Assembly (NCBI GenBank): GCA_963836675.1
Contig: CAWIKQ010000005.1
Location: 177,492-241,491 of the forward strand
Length of the DNA: 64,000 nt
Direction of reading: 5' to 3'
Source: an uncultured Acidobacteriaceae bacterium
GTDB taxonomy: Bacteria > Acidobacteriota > Terriglobia > Terriglobales > Acidobacteriaceae
This document shows, piece after piece, positions 18,780-28,635 of the stretch (within the stretch, counting starts at the first letter, position 1; each line of letters begins with the position of its first letter). The notes beneath the pieces were generated by a model. It searched no databases. It was given only the letters and a program-made list of their open reading frames with translations, and had not been told where the DNA came from. The position numbers and the translations under genes are program-made.

Positions 18780-19298
18780 ATGGCGCACAAATGGCAGCCG
18801 GATTTCGAACGACTGGTGGATGAGCACCAGTCCATGGTGTTTTCGCTGGCGTGGCGCATGACCGGCGACCGCGGATTAGCGGAAGAGGTCGCGCAGGATG
18901 TCTTTCTGGAGTTGGACAGGCATATGGAGCGGATCGAGAGCCCCGAACACGCGCTGAACTGGCTGCGGCGGGTGGCCATGAGTCGCTCGGCCGATGCTCT
19001 CCGGCGCCGGAAGGTCAGGGGAATAGACTTGTGGGTCGATATCGAGGAGAAGCACGGAGCTCCGGCGGAAGAGCGGCAATCTCCGCTGAGCGCGCGGGTT
19101 GAACATCTGCTATCGACTTTGCCAGAGGCGCAACGGGCGGCGCTGGTCCTTCGATATCAGGAGGATCTGACGCCGGAAGAGATTGCAGCCACGGTGGCCG
19201 CGCCGCTGGCGACGGTCAAGAGCAATCTGCACCGTGGGCTGAAGTTACTGCGAGCCAAGGCAGCTGCGCATTTGAAGGAGTACATTCGTGGACTTTGA
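18780..19298 (+). CDS. ECF-type RNA polymerase sigma-70 family factor
   Basis: Region 2 (LAEEVAQDVFLEL) and region 4 (ALVLRYQEDLTPEEIAATVAAPLATVKSNLHRGLKLLR). Confidence 0.9.
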   Translation: MAHKWQPDFERLVDEHQSMVFSLAWRMTGDRGLAEEVAQDVFLELDRHMERIESPEHALNWLRRVAMSRSADALRRRKVRGIDLWVDIEEKHGAPAEERQSPLSARVEHLLSTLPEAQRAALVLRYQEDLTPEEIAATVAAPLATVKSNLHRGLKLLRAKAAAHLKEYIRGL

Positions 19299-19644
19299 AA
19301 GGCCTGATCAGCCAGAAAAATTCGACGACGACTTTGAGCGGGAACTGACGCAGGCGATGGAGCGGCGGCCTGCTCCCCCGAATCTGAAGCGGCACATCCT
19401 CGAGCAGCGCGGCAAACGGCGGGTAGAGCGGGTGCACAGTCACACGATGTGGTGGCAGAGGCTGGCGGCTTCGTTGTTGCTTGTTGCAGTCGTTGGCGGC
19501 GGATACGGATGGCGGCAGATCGAAGAACGCCGCAGAGGCGAAGAAGCAAAGCAGCAGGTGATGACAGCCCTTCGCATCACCAACCAGGTTTTGAACAACA
19601 TGCACCGTAAGCTCGCAACGCGTGATCGTTCGGAGAACAAGTAG
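19288..19644 (+). CDS. putative anti-sigma factor (single TM)
   Basis: The GTG start overlaps the sigma gene end. One TM segment (LAASLLLVAVVGGGY). The call rests on position. Confidence 0.55.
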   Translation: MDFERPDQPEKFDDDFERELTQAMERRPAPPNLKRHILEQRGKRRVERVHSHTMWWQRLAASLLLVAVVGGGYGWRQIEERRRGEEAKQQVMTALRITNQVLNNMHRKLATRDRSENK

Positions 19645-19735
19645 CACCCCATCGACTGAGAGCTATCGATGGCCAGGCAATACCCCCGTCGACCAAGCAG
19701 CCGTCGATAGGACCCGCGGTAAGAAGGAGAGATCG

Positions 19736-20335
19736 ATGAAGAACCGGGTTGGATTCTTGATTCTGGGTTTGGCAGCGCTGGCTGCTTCAGCGGCGGCGCA
19801 GGCAGGACTGCCTCTACCGTCGCCTGTGGAGAAGGAACTGGCTGCGCGCGCTTCCAATGTCACCGAAGTGACGCTGGGCAAAAACATGCTTGGATTTGCC
19901 GCGAAGTTCATGAGCGGCAAAGACCAGGATGAAGCGGCGACGCAGCGGCTAATCCAGGGGCTCGACGGTATTTATGTCCGAGACTATGAGTTCGACAAGG
20001 AAGGGCAGTACTCGATGGAGGATATGCAGAAGCTGCGCTCCTATTTCGAGACCAGCGAATGGACCACAGTAGTTCGCGAGCGCGAGAAGAACGGGGAAAC
20101 CACGGAAGTGATGATGAAGATGGTGAACGGCGAACCGCATGGTCTTTTCGTTCTCGACGCGGAGCCCAGGGAACTAAGCATTGTGCTGATTCTCGGACCG
20201 ATCAAGATGGAGGACCTGCACAAGCTGTCAGGCATCGGAGGCCTGGGTGTGCTAGGCGACATCGACACGGGCGGAGGCAAGGACAAAGCCAAAGACAAAA
20301 CGAAAGACAAGTCCAAAAATGGGGGTGACGAATGA
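19736..20335 (+). CDS. DUF4252-like secreted protein
   Basis: AAGGAG Shine-Dalgarno, then MKNRVGFLILGLAALAASAAAQA signal. VTEVTLGKNMLGFAAKFM ... LFVLDAEPRELSIVLILGPIKMEDL resembles DUF4252. Sits in a sigma/anti-sigma context. Confidence 0.6.
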   Translation: MKNRVGFLILGLAALAASAAAQAGLPLPSPVEKELAARASNVTEVTLGKNMLGFAAKFMSGKDQDEAATQRLIQGLDGIYVRDYEFDKEGQYSMEDMQKLRSYFETSEWTTVVREREKNGETTEVMMKMVNGEPHGLFVLDAEPRELSIVLILGPIKMEDLHKLSGIGGLGVLGDIDTGGGKDKAKDKTKDKSKNGGDE

Positions 20336-20829
20336 GGCAGCTAATTTTGATTCCCATTTGCTTTCTGGCCCTTGGACTGCCGGTGGTCGTGCTGGCAAGC
20401 GGCGCGCAGGGCGGCTTTGACGGGGTGGTGAGCTCGATCGAAACGCGTTATCACGTGCATGCGGAGCGCATTCCCCTTCTCGGTCTGATCAGCTTTTTCG
20501 TGGCGCACAAGGAGACGAGCGGCGTTAGCGGAATGCATGTCGCCGAAATCGAGGACTTCCAAGCGAATGTGGACGGCGAAGAACTGAATACCCTCGTGCA
20601 GGAAAAACTCGGGCAGGGCTGGGAACGCATGATCCGTGAAACCAGCAACAGGGACAACAGCCAAACGTTAATCTTCATTCATCCCGAAGGAAAGAAGATG
20701 GGAATGTTCGTTTTGGATCTCGATGGACAGGAGATGGACGTGGTCCAGATGTCAGTCGATCCTAACCATCTGAACGAGAGCATTGGAAAGTACGACCATC
20801 ATCGCGAAAAGAATGAAGTTGGGAACTAG
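20332..20829 (+). CDS. second DUF4252-like secreted protein
   Basis: ATGA overlap with the previous gene. Signal peptide present. GMFVLDLDGQEMDVVQMSVD parallels the preceding protein. Confidence 0.5.
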   Translation: MRQLILIPICFLALGLPVVVLASGAQGGFDGVVSSIETRYHVHAERIPLLGLISFFVAHKETSGVSGMHVAEIEDFQANVDGEELNTLVQEKLGQGWERMIRETSNRDNSQTLIFIHPEGKKMGMFVLDLDGQEMDVVQMSVDPNHLNESIGKYDHHREKNEVGN

Positions 20830-20874
20830 TAGAGGTGGGTAGGGAGCATAGACAAGGGAGTTAGAAGAACATCG

Positions 20875-20909
20875 CGCCGCCAATGAGTCTATTGGCGGCG
20901 TTTCTGTTT
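20875..20909 (+). terminator. rho-independent terminator
   Basis: Perfect 10-bp stem cgccgccaat / attggcggcg, 6-nt loop, followed by tttctgttt. Confidence 0.75.
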
Positions 20910-20947
20910 CCAAGCTGAGTTGTATTCGTAACCGGGCGGAGATTTGA

Positions 20948-21301
20948 TTAGTGCGCTTGCGACGCTTGAGCAGGAGTCAGAGTTGGCAGAAACCGAGCAG
21001 GTTGTTTGCGAAGAGATTCTGTTCCTGGGGAAAGGTACATAAAGGTGTATTCAGGGTCGGAAGCGGTCCCGGTAGGGGCCGCAGGAAACAGCGGAACCGG
21101 CGAGATTTCAGCGGTATCGAAAGCCTCACGCTTGTACTCCAGAACCGGTTCAAGCCTCGGCGGATCGCTGACGACGAGAACTTCGCGGATACGGTCCTCC
21201 AGCTTCCGACGTGATTCCTTTTCGGCTTGCAAATCTTCTTCCGTCTTCCTCTTCGTACCGAATACTGAATTAAACAGGCCTCGTTTACTATCTTGTGCCA
21301 T
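20948..21301 (-). CDS. hypothetical protein
   Basis: ORF from an internal ATG (MAQDSKRGLFNSVFG...). Charged N-terminal half. No domain recognised. Confidence 0.35.
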   Translation of the reverse strand: MAQDSKRGLFNSVFGTKRKTEEDLQAEKESRRKLEDRIREVLVVSDPPRLEPVLEYKREAFDTAEISPVPLFPAAPTGTASDPEYTFMYLSPGTESLRKQPARFLPTLTPAQASQAH

Positions 21302-21568
21302 GATTTCCGGCTCTCCTGGGGGTTGAAAGTCCGTTTGTGACTCGCCTCGGAAGATGTCCTTTTCGCCTTTGGTCCCGTGAGGTGAGTTGTCTCTGATAAG
21401 TCGTCTGAGAGTTAGATAGTAGCCTAATCCCACGATTGTGTAAGTCCCTTTAGGTCACCTCGGGGGGTAAGAAAGAAGTCACCAAGTTTTTGTTACCACA
21501 GACGAGCGCATTGGAGGAAGCCGCAACCGATCTTGTGAGAGTTGCCTAAGTTATGAGGATTGTGTGGT

Positions 21569-22459
21569 TTATCTCAGCGCTTTATCTGAAAGTAAGTCAA
21601 CCGGAGAAAGGCCCTGCCGCCGAAGCTCTCGTAGGCTGAGCGCGTCGTGGCGTTTGGCAAGGCGAACGCCGTTGCTGTCGAGCACTAGTGGGCAGTGGAA
21701 CCAGGCGGGATCGAGGTAGCCGAGGGCACGATTCAGCAGAATCTGGCGGGCGGTGGACTTAAGAAGATCTGCACCGCGCACGACCTCGGTGATCCTCATT
21801 GCAGCGTCATCGGCGACACAGGCGAGCTGATAACTCGGTGCACCGTCGCGCCTCCAGACCAGGAAGTCACCGAAGTCCACGCCCGCGATGAAGCGCTGGG
21901 GACCGAGGTTAATGTCATGGAACTCAATGGCCTCGCCGTCGGGAACGCGAAACCGCCAGTTCATCTGAATGGGATTCCCAGCATCAGCCGACAGTTCGAA
22001 AACGCCGTCGCCCGTTCGAGTAGGCCTGCAGGTGCCCGGGTAACGGGGTTCGTCGTCTGGGTCGTGCGCGCGAGCGGGTTCTTCATGAGGTGCACTGAGG
22101 GCAGCAGCCAGATCCTTCCGCGAGCATCGGCAGGGATAGATCAATCCGCTTTCGTATAGCCTCTGCCAGGCAGCCAGGTAGACATCCTGGCGGGCGCTCT
22201 GACTGTATGGGCCCAAAGGGCCTCCGAGGTCTGGTCCCTCGTCCCAATCCAATCCCAGCCAGCGGAGATCGTCGAGCGCCGCGGCGATGTACTCCGGCCG
22301 ACTGCGTTCGGAATCGAGGTCTTCCATGCGCATCACGAGCGCTCCACCCGCAGTTCGCGCCCTCTGCCAGGCAATCATGAACGTGCGGGCATGGCCCACG
22401 TGAAGGTATCCAGTGGGAGAAGGCGCAAGCCGGCCGCGATAGGAATTGCTGGTTTTCAC
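21569..22459 (-). CDS. gluQ: tRNA glutamyl-Q(34) synthetase (GluQRS)
   Basis: YRGRLAPSPTGYLHVGHARTF (HIGH-type motif), truncated GluRS length (296 aa), and RLAKR in place of KMSKS. Confidence 0.9.
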   Translation of the reverse strand: MKTSNSYRGRLAPSPTGYLHVGHARTFMIAWQRARTAGGALVMRMEDLDSERSRPEYIAAALDDLRWLGLDWDEGPDLGGPLGPYSQSARQDVYLAAWQRLYESGLIYPCRCSRKDLAAALSAPHEEPARAHDPDDEPRYPGTCRPTRTGDGVFELSADAGNPIQMNWRFRVPDGEAIEFHDINLGPQRFIAGVDFGDFLVWRRDGAPSYQLACVADDAAMRITEVVRGADLLKSTARQILLNRALGYLDPAWFHCPLVLDSNGVRLAKRHDALSLRELRRQGLSPVDLLSDKALR

Positions 22460-22550
22460 GGGCAGGTCCAGGGACGGTTAGGTCCAGTGTAAAAGCAGAT
22501 TCCAGTCTGGTCGGCAAAGATGGGCGCAATGAGGATCCAATACAAGCTCG

Positions 22551-22940
22551 CTAGCGCAGTTTCTCACGCACTTCGGTCCGTGCCAGATAGAAGAAGAAGA
22601 GGAGATTTAGAAGTCCCTGAATCAGCGAAGCTCCCATGTGGAGACGCGCGAACAACCACAGGTTATATCCGCCAAGCAGGAGTACCGCAGCAAGCGCCAT
22701 GGCCCACCCCCAGCGAAAAAGCATCAGCAATCCTCCGCACGCCGCAAAGAGAAATACCGGCAACACGATGAAGAGAGGCGGATAGTGCCCTCCAACCACG
22801 CCGATTACGATCACAACCGCGAGCAGCAAAAGATACAGCCCAATAGCGGCAAGGCCGGGTAGCGGGAGGAGTTGACGCTTCCTATCCGGAGCTCCCGGCT
22901 CTGCGTTTCCGGGTTGGGGGGGTTGTTCTTTCTCGTTCAC
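22551..22940 (-). CDS. hypothetical integral membrane protein
   Basis: Three to four hydrophobic segments. GTGA overlap with the upstream cytochrome c gene. Confidence 0.5.
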   Translation of the reverse strand: MNEKEQPPQPGNAEPGAPDRKRQLLPLPGLAAIGLYLLLLAVVIVIGVVGGHYPPLFIVLPVFLFAACGGLLMLFRWGWAMALAAVLLLGGYNLWLFARLHMGASLIQGLLNLLFFFYLARTEVREKLR

Positions 22941-23353
22941 AAGGTATGCAGATAGGCCAACAGGTCCTGCATTTGTTGGTCGTCTAGGGCGGTACCCGGC
23001 ATGGTTCCGTGTCCATGAAGGATCACCGCTGTGAGCCGCTCATCGCTGGGAGGGGCACCCGAAGGCATCGACTTTACCTTCGTGAGGGCCTGCAATCCAG
23101 GCCCATGCAGGCCGTGGATCGAAGTGGGATAGTGACACTTGGAACAAGCCTGTTGGAAGACCGCTGCTCCGCGAGCTTCAGTTGGCGTCCATTCTGACTC
23201 CGCCTTCGACGGCGGCAAAGGCCTGCAGCCCACCATAATCGTAAGAACCGCGCCGCAGGCCACGAGTATCAGCAAAACACTGCAAATTTTGGTTCGAATC
23301 ATCAGCATCGATGATACAAGCCACGCACAGCGTTTTTCGGGGCGGCAGCACAC
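22937..23353 (-). CDS. c-type cytochrome (class I, lipoprotein-like)
   Basis: Heme motif CSKCH, a distal GTMPG Met ligand region, and a hydrophobic N-terminus with VGC. Confidence 0.7.
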   Translation of the reverse strand: MCCRPEKRCAWLVSSMLMIRTKICSVLLILVACGAVLTIMVGCRPLPPSKAESEWTPTEARGAAVFQQACSKCHYPTSIHGLHGPGLQALTKVKSMPSGAPPSDERLTAVILHGHGTMPGTALDDQQMQDLLAYLHTL

Positions 23354-23391
23354 GGATTGACGAGGACACAGGCACGCTCCGCTATGCGAGG

Positions 23392-25113
23392 CTACTCTGT
23401 TGCTGCGATGGCCTCGCAGATTCTTTCCATAGCGGGAATCTCCGCCTGACTTCCTGGGCGGTGGCCGTTTACCAGAATCGAGAAGGCCACGGTCTTCCCA
23501 CTCGCGGTCTGCAAATAACCTGAGAGCGCGTTGGTCTCATTGAGGGTTCCGGTTTTTGCCCACAGCTTGCCCTTTAGCTGCGAATTCCTGAAGCGACCAT
23601 AGAGAGACCCATCCACTCCGGCAGTTGGAAATGTCTTCCGCCAAGCCTCGCCCCACGGCTGTCGAGAAGCATAGGACAGCAAATGAGTATAGGCACGCGG
23701 AGTGATCCGGTCGTCCATACTCATTCCCGAGCCATCGTAGAAGAAAAAGTCCGAGTCATTGACACCTGTATCGACGAGGAACTGCCGGACTACCCGCGAC
23801 CCCTGCGCGAGGCTTCCGTCGCCGGCAAACGCTTTACCCAACATGCGAAGCAACAACTCTGCGTGCAAATTCTGACTCACCTTGTTCGTCACCATGATGT
23901 CCTGCGCGACGGGCACGGAGACATGCCGCGCCAGCACTTTACGGCCATCGTTCGGAGCCTGCATGGTAACCAGCGCAAGGGGAGCCAGCTTCAGCGGCTC
24001 TGCGCGCTCGCCGTTGAAATCTCCCGTGCCTTCCGGCATGCGATGCACGGAGGCAGCATCTCCTTTAACGATGACTCCGCGATGGAGCAGCGCATCCTTG
24101 AAAGCGGCAGCGGTAAATTCAGCAGGATCCTCGACTGCCAGCGGTGCATGGAGACCCTGGGCCGGGGCGGTTCCCCACGTTCTCACCAGCATTGCGCCAG
24201 GCCGGCGCTCCAGCCCCGGATGGGCCATCTCGCCGGGCTGCGCCATCGTCATGGAGTTCTGCAGCGTGTAGTACTGGATATTTGGCGTCCACTGTTCCAC
24301 GCTTGCGCCAGGCTTTGCCGGATCGGCCGAAAGCGTGAGTTCGATCGAATTATCGGCGAACGAAAGTGCGGAAACCGGTGCGCCGTATCCCCACTGCAGG
24401 TCATCCCACGCCCACGCTGTGCCGTAGGGTTCGGTCAGGTAGTACGTATCATCGCCCACCACGCTGCCTTCGACGGTGCGAATGCCGGATTGCTCCACAT
24501 CCTGCGCCATCAGATCGAGCACTTCCATCGCCCGGGACTCAGCTTTCACCTCCTGTGGGGTTGGTGTGACCTCAGGTTTTCCTGTGGGCGACTGGGCAGG
24601 CGGATTCGAGGGTGTGGGAGGAGCGGCGGGTGGGCCTGGCGGCTGATAGGGATAGCGACGCGCGCTCATCGTGGGGTCTCCGGCACCCAGAATTACCAGA
24701 TCGCCGTGCAGCACGCCCGCCGAATCGATCTGGCCACTAGCAACCACCTGGGTGGTCCACGTGAGCGTCTCAACCGGCAAGAGCGCGTAGGCCGCAGCCG
24801 TAGTCGCGAGCTTCGCATTGGAGGCCGGTGTGAAGAGTTTTCCATCGTTGAGGGCATAGATCTGCTGCCCATCGAGAGTGGTTACGCTAATGCCGAACTC
24901 CGTGTGGCTGACAGCCGGATCGGCAAGGATGGCCCCAATTCGTTCAGCAAGCGACCCCCTCACGGGGGCTGAATGTGCGGGCTGTCGCGCAATCGTGTGG
25001 GCAGAATGTTGCTGCCCGGACACAGTGGTACCGAACGCGAGACAAAGCGCCAGCGAAAGCGCAGCCCACTGCTGGTTGAGGAACATGCAGGGAGTGTAGC
25101 AGGCTAGCTCCAA
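23392..25113 (-). CDS. dacB: D-alanyl-D-alanine carboxypeptidase/endopeptidase (PBP4, S13 family)
   Basis: SxxK (PASNAKL), YDGSGMS and KTGTL motifs in order. Pro-rich insert. The probable start is the internal Met at 25086. Confidence 0.85.
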   Translation of the reverse strand: MELACYTPCMFLNQQWAALSLALCLAFGTTVSGQQHSAHTIARQPAHSAPVRGSLAERIGAILADPAVSHTEFGISVTTLDGQQIYALNDGKLFTPASNAKLATTAAAYALLPVETLTWTTQVVASGQIDSAGVLHGDLVILGAGDPTMSARRYPYQPPGPPAAPPTPSNPPAQSPTGKPEVTPTPQEVKAESRAMEVLDLMAQDVEQSGIRTVEGSVVGDDTYYLTEPYGTAWAWDDLQWGYGAPVSALSFADNSIELTLSADPAKPGASVEQWTPNIQYYTLQNSMTMAQPGEMAHPGLERRPGAMLVRTWGTAPAQGLHAPLAVEDPAEFTAAAFKDALLHRGVIVKGDAASVHRMPEGTGDFNGERAEPLKLAPLALVTMQAPNDGRKVLARHVSVPVAQDIMVTNKVSQNLHAELLLRMLGKAFAGDGSLAQGSRVVRQFLVDTGVNDSDFFFYDGSGMSMDDRITPRAYTHLLSYASRQPWGEAWRKTFPTAGVDGSLYGRFRNSQLKGKLWAKTGTLNETNALSGYLQTASGKTVAFSILVNGHRPGSQAEIPAMERICEAIAATE

Positions 25114-25221
25114 AGCGGCTTTCTCTCATCCGGGCAGCATGCACATAGAATCAAAACAAACCAGCCATTCGGTCTCTTCGAGGCCAGTGGCAGGAAATCT
25201 GATTATTCTCATGGACCGGAA

Positions 25222-26145
25222 ATGACGCCCTTTGTTCGCAAAGCCGCGCGCTGGAAACTTCGTACCCGGACGCTCGAGCCAGGTAAGCGGACGCTGATTA
25301 TGGGCGTTGTGAACATCACGCCTGATTCCTTCAGCGACGGCGGTCTTTATTTCGACAGAGAAGCAGCCATTTCGCGCTGCGTGCAGTGCCTCGAAGAAGG
25401 CGCGGATATCCTGGACCTCGGCGCCGAGAGCACACGACCCGGCGCACAGGCAGGCGATCTCGCTGAGGCAAGAGTGAGCGCCGAGGAAGAGCAAGCGCGC
25501 CTTTTGCCGGTGGTGGAGGGCGTTTTGAGGAAATTGCCGCACGCTGTGATCTCCGCAGACACCTACAAGGCGTCGAGCGCACGCGCCGCAATCGCCGCGG
25601 GGGTTGAGGTGATCAACGACGTGAGCGGATTCACGTGGGACGCGGCCATGCCTGCCGTCTGTGCGGAGTCAGGCTGCGGAGTTGTCCTGATGCACACCCG
25701 CGGCCGTCCCGATGAATGGCGCGCTCAAAAGAAGCTTTCCCCGCAGACGCTTCTTGAAGAGGTGCGGGGCGGCCTGGCCAGGAGCGTCGCGATTGCAACC
25801 CAGTCCGGGATTGCTCTGGAGTCGATCGTTCTGGATCCCGGCTACGGGTTTGGAAAGAAATTCGAGGAGAACTATGCGCTTCTTGCGCGGCAGTCAGAGC
25901 TGCTCGCACTGGGGCGGCCGCTCCTCGCCGGCCTTTCCCGAAAGTCCTTTCTTGGTCACACGCTCTCAGATCTTCATAGCGGAATGCAGGCACCTGTGTG
26001 TGCCCGCGAGACGGCAAGCATCGCTGCGCTGGTTGCCGCGATACTGCACGGAGCCTCGATAATTCGTGTTCATGACGTAGGGCCGGCGGTGGAAGCAGCG
26101 CGGATCGCAGATGCGGTTCTCGACGCGAGCGAAGCCCTTCAGTGA
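25222..26145 (+). CDS. folP: dihydropteroate synthase
   Basis: IMGVVNITPDSFSDGG, DILDLGAESTRPG, INDVSG, DPGYGFGK. Confidence 0.9.
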   Translation: MTPFVRKAARWKLRTRTLEPGKRTLIMGVVNITPDSFSDGGLYFDREAAISRCVQCLEEGADILDLGAESTRPGAQAGDLAEARVSAEEEQARLLPVVEGVLRKLPHAVISADTYKASSARAAIAAGVEVINDVSGFTWDAAMPAVCAESGCGVVLMHTRGRPDEWRAQKKLSPQTLLEEVRGGLARSVAIATQSGIALESIVLDPGYGFGKKFEENYALLARQSELLALGRPLLAGLSRKSFLGHTLSDLHSGMQAPVCARETASIAALVAAILHGASIIRVHDVGPAVEAARIADAVLDASEALQ

Positions 26146-26256
26146 ATCGCTTTTCCGGTGTTTACCTTTGAAAACCTACGTAGATGTGGACTCTCCACTC
26201 CAGTCGGTGATCTCTCCGCGGTGGTTGGAAATCCAATTCGGAAGCTTTCCTGATGC

Positions 26257-26805
26257 TCACCTCTTAGACATCTCGTGCAGCTTCACGACGGTATTCCAGT
26301 TTCGCCCTGTTCCTGATACCCCCAGAGCTTTATCCAGCGTCTTCCCGGTGAATTTGGTTTCTGCAGCCCCATCGGGAAGGTGGAAATAGATGTGTTCCCG
26401 TGCCAGATGATAGCGATCCCGCCGTTTCGGATACTGGGCGACAATCCGATCGAGGGTACCGCGAGCGGTCTCGATTGCTGGGCCAGCAAGAAATGCGACG
26501 TGCACTTTAGCGCCATCCGCAGACTCCTCAACGAACGGGTTTTCGCGGATCACCAGATCCAGATCCCGATGCGTCCGCACGACAACACCGACTGGTGAGC
26601 CCATCAGTTTCGCCAAAGCTGCCGCAACATCTTTCTCTACACTGGCCGGCGGACCCTTCGCATCCACGACTGCATTACCGCTCTGGATATAGGTTTCAAC
26701 GTTGTCGAAACCGAGCCCGGAGAGGACCCTTCTAAAGTCCGCCATCGGCAATCTTCCGTATCCCGCCAGGTTCACGGCCCGCAGAAAAATCACGTAAGTC
26801 GCCAT
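26257..26805 (-). CDS. DUF1697-family protein
   Basis: MATYVIFLRAVNLAGYGRLPMADFRRVLSGLGFDNVETYIQSGNAVV is the family N-terminus. The start was taken at the internal ATG. Confidence 0.8.
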   Translation of the reverse strand: MATYVIFLRAVNLAGYGRLPMADFRRVLSGLGFDNVETYIQSGNAVVDAKGPPASVEKDVAAALAKLMGSPVGVVVRTHRDLDLVIRENPFVEESADGAKVHVAFLAGPAIETARGTLDRIVAQYPKRRDRYHLAREHIYFHLPDGAAETKFTGKTLDKALGVSGTGRNWNTVVKLHEMSKR

Positions 26806-26856
26806 TGCCGATACCTCCGTCGATGCGCCGCGCTGCATCCAACCAGAATAAGATTT

Positions 26857-27684
26857 ATGGCGCGGACCCAGATTCCAATTGCTGATGCGAGTGTATCCCG
26901 GGAAATTTCCGGATGGGCCGGCACGCCCCATGCGACGTCCGAACATGTTCGACGGGCTCAAACCCTCGATGAGCTTGAGGCTCAGTTCAAGGCGATCGGC
27001 ACTCGCTTCCAGGCCCTTGCGGCGTCGGCGGGGCGTGATCTGTGCAACGCGTCAACCGGGACAGGCTCCTGGTCTACAGCACAGTGCCTTCAACATCTCA
27101 ATCTGAGCTCAGATGCGTACTTTCCAATCTGGCAACAGGTGATCGCGGCAGCAGGACCACGCAAAGCAGAACTCAACGGGCCCTACCGCACAGACTTCTG
27201 GGGACGCTTTCTCTCATGGATCCTCGAACCCCCGGCGCGCATACGCTCCAGGACCGTGGCTCACCTTGAGCCTTCGGAATGCGAAGACGTGGTGCAGATC
27301 CTCGAAGGGTTTCTTGAGCGCCAGGAGAGAATCCTTGCCGCGCTACGGCGTTGCCGTGGGCGCGCAATCGACCAGGTGAAGATGGCTTCTCCAGTCGATG
27401 CACGGATTCGCTACAGCATCTGGTCAAGTTTTCTGGTTAACGCCGCGCATCAGCGCCGCCATCTCTGGCAAGCCGAGCAATCCATCCAGAAACTCAGGCG
27501 TGCCGGTAGGCTAGCCCACCCTCGCTGGCTGCCTATTGCTTTTCGGAAGCCAGGTAGACGACCACGCCGCCAAGCAGGCCGATCGTTGCCAGTACGGGAA
27601 CCACGATCCACAGCGTCTCGCTGGAACTCGTCGTTGCTGCAGGTATCAACGCTTCGAGATGCAGCGCGTGCGGCAGTTCGCTGA
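26857..27684 (+). CDS. DinB-superfamily (DinB_2-like) protein with a suspect Arg-rich C-terminal tail
   Basis: WSTAQCLQHL ... NAAHQRRHLWQAEQ histidine pattern. The last ~50 codons overlap the convergent anti-sigma gene by 152 nt. Confidence 0.55.
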   Translation: MARTQIPIADASVSREISGWAGTPHATSEHVRRAQTLDELEAQFKAIGTRFQALAASAGRDLCNASTGTGSWSTAQCLQHLNLSSDAYFPIWQQVIAAAGPRKAELNGPYRTDFWGRFLSWILEPPARIRSRTVAHLEPSECEDVVQILEGFLERQERILAALRRCRGRAIDQVKMASPVDARIRYSIWSSFLVNAAHQRRHLWQAEQSIQKLRRAGRLAHPRWLPIAFRKPGRRPRRQAGRSLPVREPRSTASRWNSSLLQVSTLRDAARAAVR

Positions 27685-28036
27685 GCCATGCACGCCAGTT
27701 ATCTGCCTGCCAGATCACCACACCGACAGCGACTACCAAAGCCACCGCCAGAGCGAAAATCTGGGCACCGAGAATTGGCCTTGTGACCTTCTCAATTGCA
27801 GCGTTTCGCCTCCGCAACTGCGCGCGCCACCAGATCGCGCCTGCAGGCTCCAGCCGCGGCAATGCCACACTCTGCATCTTGGCGGCCTGCATGGCTCTGG
27901 TCACCAGCACCAGCTCGGAGCAGATACGGCATGCATGAATGTGCGATTTCAGCTCTGCGGGACACGCGTCGGGCCAATATCCACATTGCAAGAGTTCTGT
28001 GACTTCCCGCTCACGCCCGCAATTGAACGGACTCAT
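27533..28036 (-). CDS. zinc-binding (ZAS-type) anti-sigma factor, membrane-anchored
   Basis: HxxxCxxC motif (HIHACRIC). ATGA overlap with the upstream ECF sigma gene. TM segments FALAVALVVAVGVVI and IVVPVLATIGLLGGVVVYL. Confidence 0.65.
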   Translation of the reverse strand: MSPFNCGREREVTELLQCGYWPDACPAELKSHIHACRICSELVLVTRAMQAAKMQSVALPRLEPAGAIWWRAQLRRRNAAIEKVTRPILGAQIFALAVALVVAVGVVIWQADNWRAWLSELPHALHLEALIPAATTSSSETLWIVVPVLATIGLLGGVVVYLASEKQ

Positions 28037-28635
28037 AATCCCCCTCCTCCCTGCCGCAACAGTCGCGTCATCTTTCGGCGTGCGCGAAACAGCAGCAGGC
28101 GGATACTCGGCGAGGCAAGTCCAGTTACTTCGGCGATCTCGTGATGCGTGTAACCTTCCGCATACGCCAGCCACAACAGTTGACGGTCCCGTGGGCGCAT
28201 TTGCGCCATGGCGGGTCCCAGCATGGCCAGCGTGTCTGCCTGCCCTTCCCCGCATTTCGCCACAAATACTTCCTCGGGCACTTCCTCGATCGAAGAGGAG
28301 GGTGGCCTGCGCCAATGATCACGCAACAGATTGGTTGCAATTTTGAAGAGATAACGTCGTGCCGCCACCTCGCCGTCGGCGGGGTGCAAAGCACACAGGA
28401 AACGAACGTAGCTCTCCTGTGTAAGATCGTCGGCCAGCGCTGGGTCACGGCTCACCCTCGCGAGGTAAGCCCAGAGCGAACGGGCCGACCGGGCGTAAAA
28501 CGCAGCGAATTGCTCGTTGTCCATCGCCTCAGTTTGCGAGGCGGCGGCGAGCGGTTGTCCGTCGCCCGCCAGCACGTTCGAAATTGTCGAATCCCAGGAC
28601 ATCTGTCTCTGCTTCCTCACCTTCAACGCGCTCAC
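28033..28635 (-). CDS. ECF-type RNA polymerase sigma factor
   Basis: Region 2 (LADDLTQESYVRFL) and region 4 (LLWLAYAEGYTHHEIAEVTGLASPSIRLLLFRARRKM). Confidence 0.9.
   Translation of the reverse strand: MSALKVRKQRQMSWDSTISNVLAGDGQPLAAASQTEAMDNEQFAAFYARSARSLWAYLARVSRDPALADDLTQESYVRFLCALHPADGEVAARRYLFKIATNLLRDHWRRPPSSSIEEVPEEVFVAKCGEGQADTLAMLGPAMAQMRPRDRQLLWLAYAEGYTHHEIAEVTGLASPSIRLLLFRARRKMTRLLRQGGGGL

Noticed and set aside
23683-24972. 429-codon plus-strand ORF
   Set aside because: It is antisense to PBP4, which carries all three penicillin-binding motifs. It has Arg-rich shadow-frame composition.
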